Source: a candidate division FCPU426 bacterium (GTDB taxonomy: Bacteria; Oederibacteriota; JAAXVQ01; JAUVAV01). From it: DNA of 64,000 nt. The stretch lies in NCBI GenBank assembly GCA_030637655.1, contig DAOWGI010000027.1, positions 32,001 through 96,000 on the forward strand, given 5' to 3'. Position numbers and translations under genes: made by a program. Below the pieces are notes generated by a model. That model saw only the letters and a program-made list of their open reading frames with translations, was not told where the DNA came from and ran no database searches. Positions 57,582 to 64,000 of this stretch are shown one piece after another (the stretch's first letter is position 1; each line of letters begins with the position of its first letter).

Positions 57582-59126
57582 TCAATGCTTCTTGCTTTGC
57601 TTCTTTATGTACTCAGCGCCTTTTTTAGTAAGACGATATTTTTGCAAACGGCTGTTGGGCTTTTCGGGGATGGTTCGCTCTATCAGACTATTTTCCAAAG
57701 CAATGCTGAGGTATTGCTTCTCAAAATTATCACGCCCCTTTAAATGCATCGCCTCCATTATCTCTTTGCGGCTCATTTCCTGATTTTTCAAGCATCTCAA
57801 CAACTTTCCGACTTGCCCTGTGACTTGCCCTGTGACTTGCCCTGTGACTTGCCCTGTGACTTGCCCTGTGACTTGCGGGGCTATCCCACCAACAGCCTCA
57901 AAAGCGCGCCCGGATTTCCGGCGAATCGTTATCACAAATCCGTCTGTTAGCCGGAACTCCGGTTCCTTGAGTCCTGCTTCGCGGCAGCGTTCAACCATAT
58001 CGCTGATGCCGGTTCCCATGCGCTCAATATACTTTGTCAGATATAAAGGCTCGGCAATCAACGGATTGACAGGCACTGATCCATGCGGCTGGCGCAGCTT
58101 TTCCAATGTGAGCGGGGGCGGAAGAGTACCGGGATTCCACACTTCCAGCCGGTCGGAAAAAAGCATGACCTGCACACTGCCATTGCTGGTATAGTCGCGA
58201 TGCGCCACGGCATTGACGATCGCTTCGGAAACCACTTCCGGGGGGATTTCATACGCCACCGGCGCCTGCGGTCCGCGAGCGCGCGTACCCACGGCTAAAT
58301 CAATTTTTGAAAGAACAAAATTGACCGACTGATTCACCAGATCAAACAATGTTCCCTTAAAGATTTGATAGAAAGGAATGGGTTTTGAAACGCTTGTGCC
58401 GTGAAAATGGGCGCATTTCACTTCAGACGAAATTAGAAAACGCTGCGGATTTTTCCCGAATAGAAGCATGGCCGCGTTGGTCGGGAGATCGTTTTTAAGC
58501 AAATTCAAATGCGCCAGCACATCCCGCATCTTGGTGTCGTCCGTCAAGGGTAATCCGCGCGAGTGACGGGCAAGTTGAAGAAACCAGCTGATTTTCTCTT
58601 CAGATAGGTCTTCCAGTTTCGCATCACGGCACAGCGCGGCGTCAAACGGCACGTCGCGAAGCAACTCATGCGCTGCCAAATAATCCACCAGCGCCGCGTA
58701 AACTCCTGCCATGAGCTCTGAAAATGTTGAAAATCTCCGGCGGATAAGCTGTGCGCCGGCGTGTTGCACGAGTGCGCGCATTTTCGGATGGCGTTGGCTG
58801 TCATCCAGACCTTTGACAAATATCAAACGATATTTTCCGCGCCTGGTTGCTTCATCAAACTCCTGATGCGTGGCCGAAAAACCATTCGCATCTTCAGTCC
58901 CGTATTGATTCCCGAAAATGCCAATATAAACCTCACATTGCCCGATTTCGTTCATGTACAATGCCACCGCTGATTGATCCGCAGCAGCTTTGTCTTCAAA
59001 CACAAACGGCTCAAAAAACCTCCGCAACATTGGATCAGCGCGCAAATACTCGCGCAGGGCTGCGCGCTCCGCTTCAAACTCTTTTTGAACACTGCTAATG
59101 AATATTTTAAATTTCATCCGCGTCAT
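57582..59126 (-). CDS. DUF4062 + HATPase-like (RecG-C/AlbA-associated) + wHTH protein
   Basis: IFISSVQKEF; EAIVNAVAHRDY, DRLEVWNPG, IERMGTG; C-terminal PNSRLQKYRLT. Confidence 0.82.
   Translation of the reverse strand: MTRMKFKIFISSVQKEFEAERAALREYLRADPMLRRFFEPFVFEDKAAADQSAVALYMNEIGQCEVYIGIFGNQYGTEDANGFSATHQEFDEATRRGKYRLIFVKGLDDSQRHPKMRALVQHAGAQLIRRRFSTFSELMAGVYAALVDYLAAHELLRDVPFDAALCRDAKLEDLSEEKISWFLQLARHSRGLPLTDDTKMRDVLAHLNLLKNDLPTNAAMLLFGKNPQRFLISSEVKCAHFHGTSVSKPIPFYQIFKGTLFDLVNQSVNFVLSKIDLAVGTRARGPQAPVAYEIPPEVVSEAIVNAVAHRDYTSNGSVQVMLFSDRLEVWNPGTLPPPLTLEKLRQPHGSVPVNPLIAEPLYLTKYIERMGTGISDMVERCREAGLKEPEFRLTDGFVITIRRKSGRAFEAVGGIAPQVTGQVTGQVTGQVTGQVTGQVGKLLRCLKNQEMSRKEIMEAMHLKGRDNFEKQYLSIALENSLIERTIPEKPNSRLQKYRLTKKGAEYIKKQSKKH
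57810..57876. repeat. 12-bp perfect tandem repeat (~5.5 copies) encoding (GQVT)n linker
   Basis: acttgccctgtg x5 plus a partial copy. Confidence 0.95.
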
Positions 59127-59247
59127 ACCCTCTTAAATAAAGCCTTGCCGTGAAAGTCCGCATATCAGTAGGGACTTCTCCGTCTTCATACCCCCATATG
59201 CTGCTATGCGCAAATATTGGGGCAAGCAATTAAATGTTTTTTAGGGG

Positions 59248-59439
59248 CTACCCTCGCCGCATTCGCAGATACGCCTCCACACTCCGGTCATAGGTTTTTT
59301 CGGTTTTGGCATCAAAATAACAAGCCGGCAGTTCGCCTAAGCGCCTGTGATATTGTACGCACTCGCAACATATACCTTTACGTGAACAAGGATAGGTGCA
59401 ATTGCAGTAACTCATGTTTTTATCCTTTTTGCATTCCAT
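59248..59439 (-). CDS. Small Cys-rich protein (DUF6485-like)
   Basis: [18 protein letters not shown]....ELPACYF; GGAGGT RBS before ATG 59439. Confidence 0.8.
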   Translation of the reverse strand: MECKKDKNMSYCNCTYPCSRKGICCECVQYHRRLGELPACYFDAKTEKTYDRSVEAYLRMRRG

Positions 59440-59524
59440 CAAAATCACCTCCTGTTACTCTCAATCAAACTGTACTACTTTTTATTGCGTTCGTTTTTGT
59501 GGTTTCATCTTTTACCCGCATTTT

Positions 59525-59560
59525 CCTCAGCGTTCTCTGTGCCTCTGTGCCTCTGTGGTA
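59525..59560. repeat. CTCTGTGC micro-repeat remnant
   Basis: cctcagcgttctctgtgcctctgtgcctctgtggta, immediately downstream of the yjbQ stop. Confidence 0.5.
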
Positions 59561-59567
59561 AACGCTT

Positions 59568-59981
59568 TTATTCCCCCATCACTTTAATCACCAACCGCTT
59601 GGGACGTTGGCCGTCAAACTCCGCGTAAAACACTGCTTGCCAAGGACCTAAATCCAAGCGTCTTTTGGTAATGGGAAGTATAACCTGATGATGAACCAGC
59701 AAGTTTTTTAAATGCGCATCTCCATTGGTTTCACCGGTCCGGTGATGGTGGTAATCATCCTTATAAGGCGCCAAACCTTCCAACCACTCATCAATATCCT
59801 GATGTAGGCCGGGTTCATTATCATTCACAAATACCCCGGCAGTGATGTGCATGGCTGAGACCAGCGCCATTCCCTCCTGCACCTTGGAAGCTCTCACTTC
59901 TTTTTCTACGTCTGAAGTGATATTGATATACTCGCGATGTTTGGCAGTATTAAAGGTTCTATAGGCAGTATGGCTTTTCAT
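59568..59981 (-). CDS. yjbQ: YjbQ/UPF0047 family protein
   Basis: MHITAG, NGDAHLK, LGPWQ, EFDG.R. Confidence 0.9.
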   Translation of the reverse strand: MKSHTAYRTFNTAKHREYINITSDVEKEVRASKVQEGMALVSAMHITAGVFVNDNEPGLHQDIDEWLEGLAPYKDDYHHHRTGETNGDAHLKNLLVHHQVILPITKRRLDLGPWQAVFYAEFDGQRPKRLVIKVMGE

Positions 59982-60127
59982 TGATTCCTCCTTTTTGTCT
60001 AAAATTAAACACAGGGGCCTGGCATGCCCGGGGGACTTTATAGTGAGAATAATAGCAAATCAAAAAATAGAATGTTAGTAATTTATGTGATTTTTACATA
60101 AATAGCTGCCCGGCACAGAATAAAATT

Positions 60128-60485
60128 GCTGAATTGTAACCACAAGCGCGACAGTTATTAAGTTGTCATTGAACCTAATAACTGTCGCTGAATCACAATA
60201 CTGATTTTAAGGTCCTTTTAGCTCGTCATCCCCCGACCGGAAAAGATATATAGGGACGCTTCGCAGCCGGCATTTCGTCACCCCGGTATGCAGTTAACCG
60301 GGGCGGGATCCAGGACGGCTACTTACAAACGAAGGATTTCCTGGACCCCGGATAAAATCGTTCCGGGGTGACGAACTTTAAAGAAAAAACCTTTTTTACC
60401 AAGATCAGGTATGTTGCAATATGAGTTACAATCTGCCGGTTACCTTCTAACTTACAACATGTTGCACTTGTGGTTACAATTCACC
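60128..60485. mobile_element. MITE-like element with (GG)TGAATTGTAACCACAAG inverted ends and REP-like cargo
   Basis: 17-bp perfect IR (60130-60146, 60467-60483); orphan copy of the end at 44173-44198; no target duplication seen. Confidence 0.65.
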
Positions 60486-60617
60486 AGCTTTTATAAATAT
60501 TCTATTGGATTTTTCATTCCGTATCATTAGACTGGGCTCAGAATGGCAAATTTCGCGAGCATTATTTTATGCGGAAACTGGAAAAAGTCCGCCCGGTTTC
60601 CAATAAACTAAGCTTTT

Positions 60618-61778
60618 CTAGCTTTCCAAATCCTTTATTTTCTGCACGGCATGCACGATATCATCCGCCAGATGGGGTGGAGCATACCGAAGAAAAAGTT
60701 TATAAGCTTCTACTGCTTTACTAAGCCGGCCGGATTTCTCGCAGCTTAAAGCCTTATCAAAATAGATTCGCGCTGAATCCGGTTGGATCTGCAAAGCTTT
60801 ATTAAAATCTTCGATTGCCCGAATATAATCGCCTTTCCTGTAATAAATCACTCCGCGGTCGTGGTAGGCTTCACCATTATTTGGCTGTATTTCCAATACT
60901 TTGTTAAAGTCTCGAATCGCCTGTTCATAGTTATTTTGGGCGCAATAAGCAATTCCCCGATTTCGGTATGCGGTTTTATCCAAAGTATTTATTTTCAAGA
61001 CATGATTGAAGTCAACAATGGCATCTTCATATTGTCTGTTTTTGAGATAAGCTATTCCGCGATGCTTGCAGGCATCCGCATCTTCCGGCTTTAGATCCAA
61101 ACTTTGGTTGAAATCATCAACTGCTTTAGCGCATTTGTTTTTAAACAGATAAGCTAATCCCCTATGGTAATAAGCGTCAAAATATTTCGTATTGAATTTC
61201 AGCGCTTGATTAAATTCGGCAATTGCTTTATCGAACGAGGCGCCGGCTAAATAAGTTAATCCCCGGCAAAAATAGGCTTCAGCGTTATTGGGCTTGATTT
61301 TTAAAGCCCTGTTAAAGTCGTCAAGCGCCGGCGGGTATTTGCCTAGATTGTAATAGACTTTACCCCTCAGCACATAAGCTGAAAAATATTCAGGGTCAAT
61401 TTCCAATGCTTTAGTTAGATTTTGATCCGCCTGGAAAAAATCACATTTCAGCGAATAAATCAGTCCTAAATTGTGATAAATGCCGGGGCTTTTGGATTGA
61501 ATTTCCAATACTTTTTTTAACTCGGCAATGGCCCGGTCATACTTCTTATTATTCACATAGACTGTCACGCGGTTGTAGCGGTCTTTTATCGCCTTTTGCT
61601 CTTTTTCGGCAGCTTTATTTAACTTGGAAACTGCTAGACCAGTACCATCTTGCCTGACATTGAATTTTGCATTTAAATTTTCAGGAATTGCATAACTTTT
61701 GAAACCTAATATGACTGCCATAATAAAAAGCACTGTTTTAATCAGTGTAAATTTTATTATATTCATCAGAATCAACAA
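60618..61778 (-). CDS. Secreted/membrane-anchored TPR protein
   Basis: About 9 TPRs (AY..RG..Y...A..DFN.AL); N-terminal hydrophobic segment; exact start uncertain. Confidence 0.9.
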   Translation of the reverse strand: MLILMNIIKFTLIKTVLFIMAVILGFKSYAIPENLNAKFNVRQDGTGLAVSKLNKAAEKEQKAIKDRYNRVTVYVNNKKYDRAIAELKKVLEIQSKSPGIYHNLGLIYSLKCDFFQADQNLTKALEIDPEYFSAYVLRGKVYYNLGKYPPALDDFNRALKIKPNNAEAYFCRGLTYLAGASFDKAIAEFNQALKFNTKYFDAYYHRGLAYLFKNKCAKAVDDFNQSLDLKPEDADACKHRGIAYLKNRQYEDAIVDFNHVLKINTLDKTAYRNRGIAYCAQNNYEQAIRDFNKVLEIQPNNGEAYHDRGVIYYRKGDYIRAIEDFNKALQIQPDSARIYFDKALSCEKSGRLSKAVEAYKLFLRYAPPHLADDIVHAVQKIKDLES

Positions 61779-62025
61779 CTTTCTTTTTTGGGAGGAGGGG
61801 GAATGGAAGAAAATTCGGAGGAATCCTATTTTTTTAAACCAACAACCAAAACCATTCCATTTTACATCTATTATAAATATAGCACATATTTATTGGGATG
61901 CAAATTTCTCTGATTATTTTCACCAATCTGCCGGTGTGAGGTGATAAAATTGCCATTAACCAATTCAAATTTCTATGCAATAATGGCGTGGTTGGTGCAA
62001 AGGCCGGTTGTTGGGAACTGTCGAA

Positions 62026-62126
62026 GCGGAGCTTTCAGGGGGACCGCAGGTCCCCCTGACGCAAACGCCGATGCGTTTTGCTGGCCCCTCCTATCCGATT
62101 CAGGGGCTCCGCCCCCGAACCCCCGC
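62026..62126. repeat. GC-rich palindromic intergenic element
   Basis: tcagggggacc-gca-ggtccccctga hairpin and caggggctccgcccccgaacccccg. Confidence 0.5.
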
Positions 62127-62187
62127 TCTCTATTTTTATAGAGAGCCGCTGCCAATAGGCGGCAAATCATGATGAAAGGCACCTGTT

Positions 62188-62904
62188 ATGCCAAAAACTA
62201 TTATTGTAGGTGCCACCTCCGGTATTGGCTGCGAGTTAGCGCGTCAATTAGCCCAGGCAGGTTGGACACTCGGTCTTACCGGCCGCCGCCTGGAACGCTT
62301 GGAAGCTTTAAAAACTGAACTTCCCGGATCTGTTTTTATTCAGGCTATGGATGTAAGTCAAACCTCCCGGGCTATTTCTGCTTTGCAGCAATTGATACAG
62401 ACCATGGGCGGAATGGACCTGCTTATTATTAGTGCCGGCATTTCACATCGTAACGCCTCCTGGGAACAGGCAAATGAAATCATTAAAATCAATGTCCAAG
62501 GCTTTGCTGCCATTGCTCACGTTGGTTTCTCTTTTTTTAGTGAGCAAGGCTTTGGCCGGCTGGTTGGGCTCTCCTCAATTTCCGCGATTCGGGGCCGGGG
62601 AGAAAACATAGCTTACTCAGCGAGCAAAGCTTTTGTTTCCAATTATCTTCAGGGGCTTAGGCAAAAAACCGCGCGCGCTAATAAAAAAATCATCATCACA
62701 GACATTCTTGCCGGTTGGATCAATACTCCCTTAATCCGCAGAGGTGGCTCCAAACGATTTTGGGTGGCACCGGTTGATGTTGCTGCTCGTCAAATTATCA
62801 CAGCCATTCAGAAGAAAAAATCCCGCGCTTATGTCACCCGCCGATGGAAACTCATCGCCTGGTTCTTGCTCCTGATTCCGGATTGGTGGCATAAAAGATT
62901 GTGA
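62188..62904 (+). CDS. Short-chain dehydrogenase/reductase
   Basis: GATSGIG, GRR, YSASK. Confidence 0.92.
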   Translation: MPKTIIVGATSGIGCELARQLAQAGWTLGLTGRRLERLEALKTELPGSVFIQAMDVSQTSRAISALQQLIQTMGGMDLLIISAGISHRNASWEQANEIIKINVQGFAAIAHVGFSFFSEQGFGRLVGLSSISAIRGRGENIAYSASKAFVSNYLQGLRQKTARANKKIIITDILAGWINTPLIRRGGSKRFWVAPVDVAARQIITAIQKKKSRAYVTRRWKLIAWFLLLIPDWWHKRL

Positions 62905-62908
62905 TATT

Positions 62909-62928
62909 TGTAGAGACGCGTCTCTACA
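62909..62928. repeat. GTAG-type REP, 20-bp palindrome
   Basis: tgtagagacgcgtctctaca. Confidence 0.65.
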
Positions 62929-62934
62929 GCCAAA

Positions 62935-62966
62935 TAAAAAAGCCTCCTTGAGAAGGAGGCTTTTTT
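62935..62966. terminator. Bidirectional terminator between SDR and tRNA
   Basis: aaaaaagcctcctt-gag-aaggaggctttttt. Confidence 0.88.
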
Positions 62967-62971
62967 ATATA

Positions 62972-63046
<75 letters not shown>

Positions 63047-63141
63047 TCATTAGCATAATGAGGATGGAATTTAACACATCATGTATGCAATGTCTAGAAA
63101 AAACTTGATTTTTACTTAAAACCATTTTTCTTTAAAACACC

Positions 63142-63891
63142 CTATTTTTTTACTGATCCCTGGGCTGCTACTGCGGCTTGGGCCTTGGCAATGGCTTCCT
63201 GATCCCCCAAATAATAGTGTTTGATTACTTTGAAATCATCATCAAACTCATAGACCAAAGGAATACCTGTGGGAATATTCAGTTTCACAATCTCCTCATC
63301 AGACATATTGTCCAAATGCTTGACTAAAGCACGCAGAGAATTCCCGTGTGCAGCAATCAAGATCTTTTTGCCGGCTTTAAGTTCTGGAAAAATTACATCC
63401 TTCCAATACGGCAAGGCGCGTTCCAGCGTCTTTTTCAAATCCTCGGTAGCCGGACGTTCCTCAGGCGAAAGATCCGCATAACGAGGATCGTGATTGGGAT
63501 GACGCTCATCGGATTCTTCCAAGACCGGTGGTGGTATATCATAACTGCGGCGCCAGATCTTGACCTGGTCTTCTCCAAATTTTTCCGCGGTCTCGGATTT
63601 ATTCAACCCCTGTAATTCTCCGTAATGACGCTCATTCAAACGCCAAGTACGTATCACAGGAATCCACATGAGATCCATCTCATCCAGGGTAATCCAGAGC
63701 GTACGAATCGCGCGTTTGAGAACAGAGGTATAGGCTACATCAAAGGTAAATCCCTCTTTTTTAAATAATTTTCCTGCCGCCTCTGCTTCTTGTAGCCCTT
63801 GTTCGGACAAATCCACATCCGTCCAGCCGGTGAACTTATTTTCCAGGTTCCACGTGCTCTGCCCATGGCGCAGCATGACCAATTTCGTCAT
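63142..63891 (-). CDS. gpmA: 2,3-BPG-dependent phosphoglycerate mutase
   Basis: LRHGQS, FTGWTDV, LNERHYG, AHGNSLR, LNIPTG. Confidence 0.97.
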   Translation of the reverse strand: MTKLVMLRHGQSTWNLENKFTGWTDVDLSEQGLQEAEAAGKLFKKEGFTFDVAYTSVLKRAIRTLWITLDEMDLMWIPVIRTWRLNERHYGELQGLNKSETAEKFGEDQVKIWRRSYDIPPPVLEESDERHPNHDPRYADLSPEERPATEDLKKTLERALPYWKDVIFPELKAGKKILIAAHGNSLRALVKHLDNMSDEEIVKLNIPTGIPLVYEFDDDFKVIKHYYLGDQEAIAKAQAAVAAQGSVKK

Positions 63892-63901
63892 AATAGTAAC
63901 C

Positions 63902-64000
63902 TCCTAACCCGGACAAGCCGGAACCAAAAATATTTGATAGGATTAACAGAATATACGGGATTTTAAATAAATCCTGTCAATCCTGTTATCCTGTCAAAAA
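63902..64000. repeat. CCTAACCCGGA.AA.CCGGAACC element with ATCCTGT micro-repeats
   Basis: Same end as at 16671 and 39816; abuts the gpmA RBS. Confidence 0.65.

Noticed and set aside
57744-58194. Plus-strand ORFs with CDLP / TCPV repeats that look like metal-binding peptides
   Set aside because: Antisense readings of the GQVT tandem repeat.
8193-60485. Intergenic repeats as a CRISPR array or integron attC sites
   Set aside because: No regular repeat-spacer periodicity, cas or intI; terminal inverted repeats with 8-bp duplications indicate MITEs.

Overview
Bacterial chromosomal window, mostly minus-strand genes, GC roughly 45%. The gene content (GT39/DUF2723 glycosyltransferases, a Thr/Pro-rich protein with a T9SS-like C-terminal domain, Re-citrate synthase) suggests an uncultured anaerobic lineage; this is inference only. 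In order, it holds: a truncated GT39-type glycosyltransferase, a methyltransferase, a DUF2723/TMEM260-like protein and SpoIID; a PyrR-attenuated pyrR-B-C-K-D-(PAP2)-(deacetylase)-F-E operon; an unannotated 36-aa lysine-rich protein; a cyclophilin and two secreted proteins; a partial-TCA operon (Re-citrate synthase, icd, mdh, two-subunit fumarase, aconitase); a MoxR/Bat operon; two NlpC/P60 peptidases; an NSS transporter-KtrBA operon; a type I restriction-modification locus with accessory genes; tRNA-fMet and gpmA. Two things stand out. (1) At 41.4-43.8 kb, a sigma54 promoter with an enhancer-like palindrome precedes two paralogous ~65-aa 'FPWW' proteins, next to an apparently catalytically dead, phosphomimetic NtrC-like regulator. 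(2) Many intergenic regions contain miniature elements: IS66-type (GTAA ends, 8-bp target duplications), IS5-type (CTAG targets) and REP-like modules. These nest inside each other, exchange cargo and repeatedly supply or abut host stop codons. No transposase, integrase or CRISPR array is present.
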